Below, one piece after another: positions 52,501 to 64,000 of a DNA stretch of 64,000 nucleotides. Within the stretch, counting starts at the first letter, position 1. The number at the start of each line of letters is the position of its first letter. The notes under the pieces are model-generated. The model saw only the letters and a list, made by a program, of their open reading frames with translations, ran no database searches and was not told the origin of the DNA. Source of the stretch: Phaeosaccion multiseriatum (lineage: Eukaryota; Protista; Ochrophyta, other classes). The stretch is taken from contig OZ218955.1 of the NCBI GenBank assembly GCA_965112735.1, positions 2,542,001-2,606,000 of the forward strand, in the 5' to 3' direction. The position numbers were made by a program, and so were the translations under genes.

Positions 52501-55500
52501 TTTTGTGTGATTGTGTGTGATTTTGTGTGATTTATGTGTGATTTTGTGTGATTGTGTGTGATTTTGTGTGATTTATGTATGATTATGTGTGATGGTGTGT
52601 GATTTTGTGTGATGATGTGTGATTTATGTGTGATTTTGTGTGATTGTGTGTCATTATGCGTGATTATGCGTAGGTGTGCATGAGATTTCGGACGAGCTTG
52701 AGAAGATCAGTCTGTCAGTACAGGGCACGGGAGAGGTGGACACGGAGGGGGAAGTGGCAACAGAGCCAGGGTTGGTCCCAGCCGCAGTAGCAGCAGCGGC
52801 AGCAGCAGCAGGTGGTGATACAGCGGCAGCAGCAACAGCAGCAGTTGGTGATACAGACTCGCCTGAGACTGAGGTTGGCCCCGGTGGTGCTGTCGACGCC
52901 GCCGGTACCGCTCTTCTGCCCAAGGGGGAAGGAGAAGGGTTAGGACAGCAAGGCCCCAGCAGGGTTGACGCTCTGGCTTCAAAGGAGGGGCTGAGTGAAG
53001 GCGCAGCAGCAGCAGGCGTGGCAGAAACGGGCGGAGGAGGAGCAGGCGGGGCAGGGACGCCGGGGACCTTGGTGGAGGGGGAGGGGCCCACCTCAGACGG
53101 GGGCGGAGGGGCTGGTGCTACCACTGACGCCCTCTTGTCCGCAGCCAAGGAAGGAGGCATCGAGGTGGGGCACGTGGGGGCGGGGCAGGTGAGGGGACAC
53201 ACCAACACAAGCACAGGCAGTGGTATGGGCAAGGAGGCGTCGAAGGACGGGGTCGCCATATCACCAACTGCTACTGCTGCGGCTGCTGTTGCTGCGGCTG
53301 TATCACCAACCGATGATGCTGTGGTTGCTGCTGCCGAGGCTAAGCAGGGTGGGAAGGAGGGTGGAGAGGCCACAGTCACGGCCAAAGGGGGGGGGGAGGG
53401 GGATGGGGTAGGACTGCAGCAGGGAGGCGAACGCAAGGAGGGGGGGGCGGCACTAGAGGGTGCCGAGGGGGGCGACAGCGGCGAGAGCCACTCCGTTCAG
53501 GGGGAGGTAGACGCAACCCGAGGGGCCAGGGGGGAGAGCACGAGCAGCAGTTCGAGCTCGGGAGGAGAGGACGAGGGAGGACGACGAGGAGGAGGAGGAA
53601 GGGACGCCCCAGGGGGGCTGGGCAAAGCGGACGAGGTAAAGGGCACAGCAGGGGCAACAGGGGAAGAAGCAACAGGAGCATTGCCTTCTGGAGAGCCGCA
53701 GCAGTTGGTGATACAGCACGTGGCGGACGATGGAGGTGGCGACGACGCGGTGGGAGAGGGAGAGGCTGGGGGAGAGCGTGTTCCAGTGCAGGGCGGGGGG
53801 GAGGGCGGTGAGGAGCTTGGGCACAGTGGACATAGCACTGGCACTGACAGTGGTGTGAGGGGCACGGAAGGGGCCCTTTCGGGAGTTGAGGGGAAGGGAG
53901 CGATTGAGACCAGTGGTCAGGGGCAGGGGCAGGGAGCAGAGGCAGGGGCAGGTATCGGTAGCGTCGATTCCTCGCCGAGGGGGGGGGAGGGAGGCCAGGG
54001 AGACGCATCTAAGGAGGAGGACAACACAGGAGGAAGCTTGTTGGATGATGCATCCGCGACACAGCAGAAGCAGCAACACGAGGAGGAGGAGGAGGGGGGG
54101 CGGGGTGAGGGGAAGGAGGAGGAGGAAGACGGCGAGAGGAGCGAAGGGCAGGTGGGTAGCAGCGACTACGACGGTAGTGCGAATAGCAGCGGGAGGAAGA
54201 GTGGTACGAGTAGCAGCGGTGGCATTAGTAGCGGCGGCGGTGGAGCGGCGGTCGAGCGGCCTCCTCGACAGACAGGCACAGGACAGACGGGGGTCTCCTC
54301 CCTCGATGACTCTGCTCAGTTGAGCCAAGAGGGAAAAGGCGGGGAGGCAAGCGCCTTGTTGGAGGAGCTAAGCGGCGCTGCGCAGGCATTGGAGAATCAA
54401 GAGGGATCCCCTGGCACAGCAGCAGCAGCAGCAGCGGCAGCAGCGGCAGCAGCATCGGCTTCAGGAGGGGCAGAGGCAGGAGCAGGAGCAGATGAAGGGG
54501 CGGGGCAAGGGGCGAAGAAGCTGATAAGCAGTGGAGGCGCTGGCGAGGGGGATGGGGAGGAGGAGCGAAGGTGGGAAGAGGGAGGAGGCTTCCGCTCTGG
54601 CATGGGCGAGGGGGGCGAGGAGGACATATCCTCCGCTGCTCGACAAGACGCCGCGGACCTCGCTGCGGCAGTGCAGCGCCAGCTCGACGCCGCCTTCGGA
54701 CACACTCCTCCTCCTGCCACTCCGCCCTCCCCTCCCAGGCAGCAGCAACAGCAGCAACAGCAAGTGCAGCAGGACACCGCTTCTCCCCAGGGGACGGGGA
54801 TAGCCCCCACAGGGACAGAAGGAGAGGCCGCGGCTGCTGCGAGTGTCGGGGTTGGAGGAGGCAGCCCTGTGTATCCCCCTGCGCCTGAACCATCGACCCC
54901 GCCTGCCCCACCCGCGGTGATGGTGACTCGTCCCCTGCCTCTGCCGCTGCTCTCTCTCTCCTCGGCGCTCACCGCATCCCTGGGGGGAGGGGGGGCGGTG
55001 CCGGAGGTGTCCAGCATGTGCAAGGACCTTCCTTCCTTTGCTGACTTCAGCGAGCGTCTGCTCCATGGGAAAGGGTTAGGTGGCGCAGGCTCCCCGGGGG
55101 GCGGGGAGGACTTCAGCCCCGGGGGGGGGCAGTATGCCACCATCTTCAACACGCTGACGAGCAAAATACGCAGGTTGGAGATACAGCAGAACTTGGCGAC
55201 GCGCTACATGGAGGAGGTGCGGGGCTGTTTCGCAAAGGTGAGGAAGGAGGGAGGGAGGGAGGGAGAGAGGGAGGGAGAGAGGGAGGGAGAGAGGGCGAGA
55301 GGGAAGGAAAGAAGGAGGACGGGAGGCTGTTCAAGGGCGAGTGGCAGCGGCTGAGGAGGGGCAGCAGCTGAGAAGCGGCAGTGGCTGAGGCTCTGGATGG
55401 GAGTGGCAGGGGAGGAAGAGAGGACTAGTGACTGTGGCGCCTGACTTTCAATTTCGGTGTCCGCTTCTTCGCTTCTTTCTGCTACACTCACTCACTCACT

Positions 55501-56617
55501 CACTCACTCACTCACTCACTCACTCACTCACTCACTCACTCACTCACTCACTCACTCACGCACTCACTCACTCACTCACTCACTCACTCACTCACTCACT
55601 CACTCACGCGACCACTCACTCACTCACCCACTCCCTCCCTCACTCACTCTCTCACTCACTCACTCACTCACTTCCATCTCTGCCCTGCTCTTGTGTGGAT
55701 ACTCTTGTGTGTGGACGTGCCATGGACAGGAGAGCGCGGCGCTGAGAGATCAGCTTCGGCTCGAGAAAACCGACAACGACCACCGCTTCGGCCTCATCGC
55801 AGGGCAGGTATGGAGCAGATGGCAGTATATGGCAGTTGGTGGCAAGGGCTTGAGTTTCGGGTTTCAGTTTATCCGAGCATACCTATCCACTTCCTAGGGC
55901 ACAAATTCCCCCCACACGCGTGTTCGTTTGAGCATGTCTTGACTGAGTTGCTCGCCCCTCTTCACTCACTTGCTTTCTTGTTGGTTCGTTTGTTTTTGGT
56001 ATTTTGTTTTGCGTTGGATCTCTCACTGCTACCGCTCGATGGATGTGATGGATGGATGTGATGGATGGATGGATGGATGGATGGATCAGTTGCAAGACCT
56101 AACGGTTCGGCAAGAGGCGGACAGAGCATCTTTGCAAGAGGCCCTACAACACCAGGCCAGGGAGGAGGAGGAGCTCCAGAGGCGCCGGGCACTCAACGAC
56201 ATCGGCCAGAGCCGCACACACAGGGGCGGCTGGATGGGCCTGGGCCTTGGGAGGGGGCTACCAGGCGGGGAAGGAGGAGGACTCCCTGGTGCGACCGACG
56301 GACTGGGGACTGGCTGGCAGGCCGGGGGGCAGGGAGGAGGGCAGGGAGGGGGTCAGGGAGAACCTCTGGTGGGCTTGGTGGTGGCCTTGGTCGTGTTGCT
56401 GTTGGCGTGTCTGGGCCTCAGGAGTTGCCTACTCGCGTGCTGCCGAGTAGTCAAGGGGCGTAGAGGGGAGGGGGGACGTCTCCGCCAAGGCAGCAGTGCG
56501 GGGGGGGCTGGGGTGGTCAAGCCGGTCTCTCGCTGCAGCAGTTGGAATCCGGTCGCTACGGGAGGGGCGGGGGGAGGGGGGCAGGGCGGGACCGCCCCCA
56601 GCATTTCCTTTCGATAG
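49548..56617 (+). CDS. Mid-SUN (Sad1/UNC) domain protein, SLP1/SUCO-like; start uncertain
   Basis: [83 protein letters not shown]. Coiled coil [25 protein letters not shown]; C-terminal TM helix [17 protein letters not shown]. Confidence 0.9.
51928..52665. repeat. AT-rich degenerate (TGTGATT..)n satellite, ~740 bp, intronic
   Basis: 10-12-bp variants such as TGTGTGATTT and TGTGATTATG; nearly C-free on the + strand. Confidence 0.95.
55486..55672. repeat. (CACT)n tetranucleotide microsatellite, intronic
   Basis: Directly visible. Confidence 0.95.
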
Positions 56618-58184
56618 CATCGGAAATGTTACTTGGTTAGCATCGACAGTCGAATGACGTCGTAGCTCTTACATGTGCTTACGATCGATGGTCGGAAGAG
56701 TGCGACAAATGGACTCGACATTATTTATCCGCTGCAAATAGATCGTCAAAGAAGTAAAACAAACTAGAGGAACAACATAGAGGTATAATACTGTTGACCC
56801 CTGTGTTTTGTGTCATAATATACAAGTAGAGAGTGAAATGAAAACACGTTCTTCGACTTGTTCTTTCTTTGCCTTGTGTTTTGATTGCTGTGAGTAGTAG
56901 GGTAGGCTTAGGTCGCCGCTCCGTCAACGCGCCGCTACATGCCCCTCCTCTCTATGCGATCGATCCCCTTTTCGCCCCCTGCGCTCCCCATGCCCCCCGC
57001 GTCATTCGAGACATTGGACAAAAGCACATACCTAATTTTGGCTCTCCCGTTGCTGCGGGTACATGTAGGCAGATCCGAGACCGAGCCATACATATCCGTC
57101 TCAAGCGGAAGGGAGAGCGCAGGGACCTACATGTATCCGTTGAGTTCGAAGGACCTTCTCTTCTCTTGTCACACCTCTTCTCTTCTCTTCTCGTGCGAAA
57201 TCTCCTCAGGGACGCTGCCGGCTGCCCTCCTCCCCTCGATGGATCCGGAGAGCAACCCTCAATCCTACTGTACCTTGAGGACGAGGTCTTCCCTTCTCTT
57301 TCCTTTCGGATGGGACGGCCTCCTCGCGCCAGGAAGAGCTCCCCCCTCTCCCGCCAATCCGCGTCTAGTCCAGGACAGTTGGGATTTGTGTTCCAGCACC
57401 ATGGATACATCGATAGACCGACAGATCGATAGCTGGGTAGGTGGGTAGGTAGATAGGCGTGCAGGATGGTAGGTAGGCAGGCAGGCAGGCAGGTAGCGCA
57501 CTCTGGTGACGCTCCTGCATGTGCGCCGACTGGATACGGGGGTAACGGGGGGAGGGTTTCGCACACTGAAGCGACAAGTGCGTGTACCCCTCCTCCCACC
57601 ACCACCTACCCTGCCGCCCTACTGCACCGCTGCGCGGTCCCAGTCAGGTGGTGATCGATCTCTCTTGCTCTCTACCACGTCGGCGGTGGTCGACGGCCGC
57701 CATTGGGGGCCTCTCTCCCCTCTCTGCCACTCGCCCGCTTCTTCCATGGATGCGCAGTCGCTGCCCTTCTCTTGACGAAATCGGATTGGATTGGTCTGTC
57801 TGAGCTTTGTCAGGTGGTGTACGTCAAAGGCGCTGCCCCCCTCCGCCAACATCGGAGAGAGGGGCTCCCAGCAACCAACCAACCAATCAAACCAACCGAC
57901 CAACCAACCCGGATGCAAAGGTTCACAAGGCCTCGCCAGCTGTGAGAGCCCTACTCCTCCCTCCTCCTAGTTGCCGGGGCAGAGCGTCAAAGTGGCATGG
58001 GGCCTGACGAGACAGGGTAGGCCCACGTGAGCGCACCGAGTAGCGCGGAGGGGGCATACCCTGCCCCTCTCTCTTGGGACTTGGGAGCGGAGCGTAGCAT
58101 GGCGCTCCCCTTCCCATCCCTTTCCTTGGGGGTCCTCTTGTTGCTGCCTAAGCCGGGCTGCCATTTGAAGCACTGTTCCTCTCC

Positions 58185-59327
58185 TCACTGTGTGCCGACG
58201 GTTTCGATCTCGCTCCGAAGCACCTCGGGGGGCCTGCCCCCTCCCCCTCCCCCTCCTCCTCCTCGTCCACCTCCTTCTCCTCCTCCTCCTCCTCTACCGG
58301 GCCTTCGTCCCTGCCCCCCTCCAGTCCCTCCGGAAGGAGAGTCCCGCTGAGCAGGGTCGTATCGCCCTGCCTGATAGCTCGGGGGGCTGCCGCTGCTATT
58401 ACTGCGGGGCCTCGGCCTCCTAGGGGGCGGGGGGCGCTTCTTCTTGAATCTCTCTGCAAGCAAGCGTCGGAAGACGCCCCTCTGTAGATAGGGGTAGTCT
58501 CCCACCCACACGTCGGCAGCCGGCACATACGCATCCGTCGCCCCCACAATGGACTCAAAAGACGGGTCTTCGGCCACCAGCACGAGGTGGGCCTGCATCC
58601 CTACACACACGAGACGGTAGGCGGGGAGCCAATTGACGCGGAACTGCAACTGGCGCTCGTCATCGCCATGTACATCGAGGTCGAAGAACACCGGCTTGCC
58701 TGCGACACTCCGTACCTCCTTCACCTTCGTCACTCGGCCGCTGAACAGGCCCGCGGTGGCGTTCGGGCTGGACTCTCTCAAGAGCGGGCTGCGCAGCTTG
58801 CTGTTCTTCCTCCATGCAGAGAGGCTGGGGCTCAGCAGCCCGAAGAAGGCAAACCCTGCCCCAAGGATGGAGGTGATGCCGACCCCGAGGAACGAGCTCG
58901 TGAAGAAGCAAGCCCAAAGCCCCAGAAAGGCCACCACCGCCGCCTCGAACGCCTTCCCCACGCGCTGCTGCTCTGTCCTACCCCAGTAGTCCAGGAATTG
59001 CTCCTTCGTAGCCGCGCTAGGCAGGATGCGAAGAGCAGTCTCCTTCGGGATGGGCACCAGGGCCGCTCGGAGAGGAGACCCTGCTCCCCTGGCCGCTCCT
59101 GCTACTCCTGCTCTCTCTACCCTCTCTGCTCCTCGCCCCTGCTGGGAGTGTGGCTCCCTTTGATCTGCGACCCTCCTCCTCCTGCCGCCACTGCTGCCGC
59201 TCAAGATGGAAGCGCCGCTTGAAACAAAACCCGCCCTTGACGCGCTCCGCAACCTCTTGCTGCTGCTGCACCCCTCCAAGAGAAAAACAAGAAGCAACAG
59301 CACCAGCAGCAGCGGTTGAGGCCCCAT
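58185..59327 (-). CDS. Conserved plastid/cyanobacterial-type membrane protein of unknown function
   Basis: Signal peptide [22 protein letters not shown] then an S/R-rich transit-like region. Core LVPIP..RILPSAAT..YWG, two TM helices, RKN, GRV and DAYVP..WVGDYPYL recall a cyanobacterial/plastid hypothetical family (from memory). Confidence 0.75.
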   Translation of the reverse strand: MGPQPLLLVLLLLVFLLEGCSSSKRLRSASRAGFVSSGASILSGSSGGRRRRVADQREPHSQQGRGAERVERAGVAGAARGAGSPLRAALVPIPKETALRILPSAATKEQFLDYWGRTEQQRVGKAFEAAVVAFLGLWACFFTSSFLGVGITSILGAGFAFFGLLSPSLSAWRKNSKLRSPLLRESSPNATAGLFSGRVTKVKEVRSVAGKPVFFDLDVHGDDERQLQFRVNWLPAYRLVCVGMQAHLVLVAEDPSFESIVGATDAYVPAADVWVGDYPYLQRGVFRRLLAERFKKKRPPPPRRPRPRSNSSGSPPSYQAGRYDPAQRDSPSGGTGGGQGRRPGRGGGGGEGGGRGGGGGGGGGRPPEVLRSEIETVGTQ

Positions 59328-59480
59328 CTGGCAGAAGCTAAGCAACGCGGTGTCCTGGGCCCATCGATCACACGCGTGAAGGTGCGAATGGCGAATGGAA
59401 GGAGGAGGGGCCCAAGCCCAAGCAAGAAGCTCTGTGCCGCCGAAGGAATCGATATCGCCAAGTCCAGAGGGATAAACACC

Positions 59481-60069
59481 ATGCTCAGGAGCGTGGTCAT
59501 GGTGATGGGCACCAGCGGCTTGGTGCTCTTCTCCAAGGACTTTGTCAACGGCGTCCCGCAGGTAGGTAGGCCCGCGACACGCGCATCTCGCGTTGGGCTT
59601 GGGGATGAAAATGCAAACACACATTAACCTGCTACTCTCTTTCTCTCCCTTTCTGCTCTCTCTACCAGCCTCGAATGATCGGCTCTCTGGTGACCACCAT
59701 GCTCACCTTCTCGGAGCTCACGGCGGGTATGCCGGTGTCGTACATCGAGCTGAGTGGCGTTGGAGTCACTTTGGCGAGCAGCCCCAAGACGAGCGTGCTG
59801 TGCGTGCTTTTCCACGACAGGGAGGACGGAGCCGCCTTTGGAAAGCTCATCGCGACACAGGTATAGGGAGTCGCAACATTGCCTGGACAGGAACAGAACA
59901 GAGGAGCGCTCTCCGTTTATTAGGCCCTATAAACTCTCCCACATCCCAACTCACTCTCTGTCTGTCTGTCTGTCTTGTCAGCTGCTACACGCCTTTGTGG
60001 AGGAGTATGCCAATGACCTCGGCGGAAAGAGTGGACTCAATCTCAAGGACTTTCACAGTGAGTAAGAAC

Positions 60070-60107
<38 letters not shown>

Positions 60108-61102
60108 TCCGAGGGGTGACGAGTCCAGTTTGCCCCAAGCCAAGTCAGGCCAGGAAAGAGTATCTCTCTGTTGCTACTCTCCTGTTGTATGACTTCGCTC
60201 CACCTGCGTGGCTTCGTCTTAGTTCGTCAATCGGTGCCCTGCCCTCATCCCGCCGCCTCGCCCCCCGGGTGTTTTCCTCTCCTCCACCCCTTTGCCCATC
60301 TACCTATCCCTTGCGTCGACCACCGCAGGCTTCAGTGGGAAGGTGCCTGATGTTATCCGAAAGTCTGTGCAACCCGTCCTCAAGAAACGTACGTATAGGA
60401 GCGCCGAAAGAGAGGGGCGAGCGAGTGGAGGAGAGTCAGGAGAGCCAAGCAAGGTCACTACTGCACTAACACAGGCCCTCCTCACCCTCCTCTCAACGTG
60501 GGGGCTCTTCTGACTGGCTGACTGACTGACTGTGTCTTGTCTGCCTGTCCGTCTGCCGCCCTGCCCCTTCCACATGCAATCAATGCCTCTCTCTCTGGCA
60601 GTGTCCACTGTGCGAGGCATCTCGGAAGCAGTGCTGGTGACGGAGAGGCAAGAGGTGTTCCAAACTGCTCCTGCCGAGCTTGATAAACTTGGCGTCCTTG
60701 CCTATCTGCAGGCTCTCATCGGCATCTCCACAGACATCAGTGAGTCGCCAGGCCAGGCCAGGGCAAGGGTAGCGCACAACAGGGCAGGGTAGGGCAAGGC
60801 TGAACCTTTCTATATGCGTGCAGGCATACCCTGAAAGTCCTAACCCCCTTCGTTCCCTCCTCCCTCCTCCCTCCTCCCTCCTCCCAGTGGCCTACCAAGG
60901 CGATCAATTCTACAGTATGTCAATGCAGCAGGGCTCCTCCAACTCTCAACTCCTCCTGTGGCGCATCGACGGGGCCTCCCTGGTGGTGGTGGTGAACAAG
61001 GGGGTTACGCGCTCCAAGTATCAGGGCTATATTGACGAATCCATTGACATGCTCAGGCGGGTGTGCCGCCTCTCCAACATACTGCAGCAGGGGGGGCGCT
61101 AG
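59481..61102 (+). CDS. Conserved ~270-aa protein with longin-like N-terminal and roadblock/profilin-like C-terminal halves, 6 exons
   Basis: In-phase splicing gives MLRSVVMVMGTSGLVLFSKDF..IGSLVTTMLTFS..VSYIEL..LCVLFHDRED..LLHAFVEEY. The SGLVLF start and alpha/beta order suggest longin; the fold call is inference. Confidence 0.7.
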
Positions 61103-62677
61103 CGAAGGACCGAGGACGGAGGATTGAGTACTGATGACAGGGAGATAACAGCCTTGCTACTGTTGAGGAATGGCTGATGCCAGGGAGAGAAAGTGTTGCT
61201 GCTATTGGACCGGAGAGTCTTGCGTGGGCTTGGGCCGACCTGACGCCTTGGCCGCCGCTGTGCTCGAGCTGCGTGAGTGAGGGGCAAACCAGAGCTGAGG
61301 CCAAGTGACCAAGCAGGACTCAGAGGTGAGGCGGACTGGGAAGCAGAGCTGAAAGAGTGCCAAGGAGGACTGAATGAGAGCTGCTGAGAGGGCTCAGTGG
61401 CCGTCGCGCCTGGGAAGGGAAAGGAGAAGGAGAGGGGGGCACACAGCGCGGCATGAGCACCGCCTCCGGGAGGGTCTCGGAGAGAAGAGCGCTTCACAGA
61501 GAGAGAGAGAGAGAGTTTCTCGGGGCCTTGGAGGGGTCTTTGACTAGGCACATCAACACGCTGCTGCTGCTGTATCACCAACTGCTGCTACTCCTGCCCG
61601 GGGGTGGCCAAGGAGGGAGAAACAAGAGGAAGGGGAGAGCTCCAGGCAAGCGAGAGAGAGAGAGAGAGAGAGAGAGGTCGGGGCCAGCCACAGCTTCGCC
61701 TTCCATCGGCCTATCTGTAGGGACGGTCGCTCCCGCCATCTCCAGCCACAGCGAAGCTGACACAAGATGGCCGACGAAGCATCTGCAGCATGCAACAGCC
61801 GCGCAAGAGGAAGAGGAATCCGCCGCTACTGCTGAAAGACCCCCCCCCCGCCCTTCCGCCCGAGGTAGACACCCCCCTCTGCTTCCGCCCGGCGGAGCGA
61901 GCGAGCGCTGCTGCGCTGACGGAGCCAAGAAGCTGCTCTGACGCGGCACCCGCTCGTCCTTCTCGTCCTGCCTTAGCTCTGTATGCCGTAGGCTCTGCCT
62001 TTGCCACAAGGCCCTACCCTTTGCAGTAGGGCTACAGCACCATGTAGAGTGACTGTTACAGTACGGTACATGTAGAGTGGCTGTGGCATGGTGGTGGTAC
62101 ACAGCCCCACAGACTCACAGACTCCTCACAATAAGCACGAGGGGCGGTGGAGGTTCGCAGCACAGAGAGGAGAGGCGCCTCCCCCACCCTCCCCCTCGCC
62201 GAGGCCTCGCTGAGGGAGGTTCGAAAGAAACTCGAGTCTGGGACGCTGGATACACACTGTTGGTGGCTGTGTGGGGAGGGGGGAGGGGGGAGGGGGGAGG
62301 GGGGGAGGGCGAGGTTCTAAAGAGTCAAAGACAGAGGGACGCTGCTGAAGAGCCGTGTCAGCACAGCGACCCCCCCCCCCCCATCTGGCCTTTCTTTGAA
62401 TGAAGACTAATGACAAAATATATGTATATATAATATTTCGAAGTATAATTGTTTTAACATGCACCCTTTTGTCTTGTGTTGTCCATATATCAGGCGCCCT
62501 TGGGGACACATCCCACCCCACACCCCACATGCCTGAAGCTTAGTTAGGTTTGGTGTGTTATGTAGTCTCTCTTGTGTTGTCTTTTGTCCTACTCAACATC
62601 TAAAATGATGACAGGATGACAGATGGCAGTTCATCTAAAATCATTCCAACAAATGGCAGGCAGTCTCTGCTCAACAT

Positions 62678-63900
62678 CTAAAATGATGACAGGAGATGGC
62701 AGTCTCTACAGCGCCACACGTGCGCCGTCTCGAGCGAGGAAAGGTTCTCCTCTTCCTTCTCCCCTGCGCAAGAGGTGTGAAACCACTTACCACACCCTGC
62801 CTCCCCACCTTCTCCACCCTCCCCCCCGCATCGTATCAGCTGTGCCGTTGGCTCACGAGAGTCCCCGCACACGCTGCACGGCTGCTTCTCTGCTCCACGC
62901 CCTTCTCCCTCCTCCCCCTCAGACGAGCCCTTCTCCTCTCCTTCCTCTCCTGGTGGCACCTTCGAGGACTCTTTCCCCTCTCCTGCTGGTGATGACTCTG
63001 GATGCTCCACGCTATCCAGGTCCGCAGCAGAAAGCGGAGACGTCGTGAATCCCTTACCCTTGCCCTTACCCTTCCGCTTCTTCTTCCTTCCTCCTCTCCT
63101 CCCCTTCCCGCCTCTCCCTGTTGCTCCCATTGTTACCCCCATCGTCGCTCCCATTGTTGATTCCATGCCTCCTTCCGGCTCTCCTCCTCCCTCTTCTTCT
63201 CCTCCTCCTGCTGCTGCTGCTGCTGCTGCGGTCGCGTTAGCGTCCACTGCCTGTTCAACTTCCTCCCCCTGTTTTCCCTCTTCATGCTCCTCCTTCTCTG
63301 CTGCTGCTGCTGCTGCTGCGGCGGGCGTGTTAGCTTCCACTGCCTGTTCAACTTCCTCCCCCTGTTTTCCCTCTTCAACCTCCTCCTCCTTCTCTGCTAC
63401 TGCTGCGGGCGCGTTAGCTTCCACTGCCTGTTTAACTTCCTCCTCCTGTTTTCCCTCTTCACCCTCCTCCTTGTCGCTGCCTGTTGCTGCTGCTGCTGCG
63501 GGTGTGTTACCTTTTACTGCCTGTCCTCCCCCCTGTTTCCCCTCTTCACCCTGCTCCTCCTTCTCCCCCTCCTTGTCGCTGGCTCCTGCTTCTGCGGCGG
63601 GCGTGTTAGCTTCCACTGCCTGTTCAACTTCCTCCCCCTCTTTTCCCTCTTCACCCTCCTCCTCCTTCTCTGCTGCTGCTGCGGGCGCGTTAGCTTCCAC
63701 TGCCTGTTCAACTTCCTCCCCCTGTTCTCCCTCTTCACCCTCCTCCTTGTCGCTGCCTGTTGCTGCTGCTGCTGCCGACGCGCCACCTTCCACTGCCTCT
63801 CCTTCGCCCTGTTTGCTCTCCTCCTCGTCCTCCTCCTTGTCGCTGCCGTCCCGATCAATGGACATGGACATAGAGAGGGTGCTGCCTGCCCCCTTCCCTG
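62678..63900 (-). CDS. Last exon of a PHD-finger protein with acidic Glu/Ala repeats (5' part outside window)
   Basis: CSVC..LIRC..GCGKWFHTSC..WRCRDC (C4HC3) immediately before the stop; basic patch GGRKKKRKGKGK; about 7 EEGKQGEEVEQAVEANAPAAA repeats; acceptor near 63903. Confidence 0.85.
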
Positions 63901-64000
63901 TGTCTGAGAAGCACGCCGCGTCATATACAGTCCTCTCCCACTCCTCATTCTCTGCCCCCCCTCCTTCTGCCTCCCCCCCTCCCTCTCCCTTCCCCTCTCC

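Noticed and set aside
56721-58180. Possible small gene between the SUN gene and the plastid protein gene
   Set aside because: Scattered splice-like sites but no recognisable protein or consistent exon chain; may be UTR.
61100-62530. ORFs of 100-175 aa on both strands
   Set aside because: No motifs; compatible with chance ORFs in GC-rich convergent UTR/intergenic DNA.

Overview
GC-rich, intron-rich eukaryotic nuclear DNA. Bipartite signal+transit presequences, a plastid-type NTT and a CFAP141-like gene suggest a flagellated photosynthetic stramenopile, possibly a eustigmatophyte (inference). Most ORFs in the supplied track are microsatellite or antisense artefacts, so real genes were rebuilt by hand from GT-AG sites. 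The left 24 kb is accessory. (1) A minus-strand gene of about 15 exons and at least ~1,900 aa (31-12280, running off the left edge) encodes TM segments, two OTU-like protease domains, tandemly duplicated phase-0 mini-exons, and a uracil-DNA-glycosylase-superfamily domain that the ORF track misses. Its last visible residues resemble the N-terminus of Fanzor1. (2) Head-to-head with it lies an apparently intact ~9.4-kb Helitron2/Helentron-type rolling-circle element (14491-~23894), bounded by 15-bp inverted repeats and a 5' hairpin. It carries a spliced ~2,480-aa RepHel (STPR-like repeats, Zn finger, DUF6570, HUH/Y2 Rep, PIF1 helicase, RGG tract, unknown C-terminal domain). The right 40 kb holds host genes, mostly in divergent pairs: CFAP141-like, NTT / plastid DnaJ, NOXRED1/P5CR-like / TLC-domain, CTNNBL1 / SUN (SLP1/SUCO)-like, cyanobacterial-type plastid protein / longin-like protein, and the 3' end of a PHD-finger gene. 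All family assignments come from motif recognition by eye; no searches were run.
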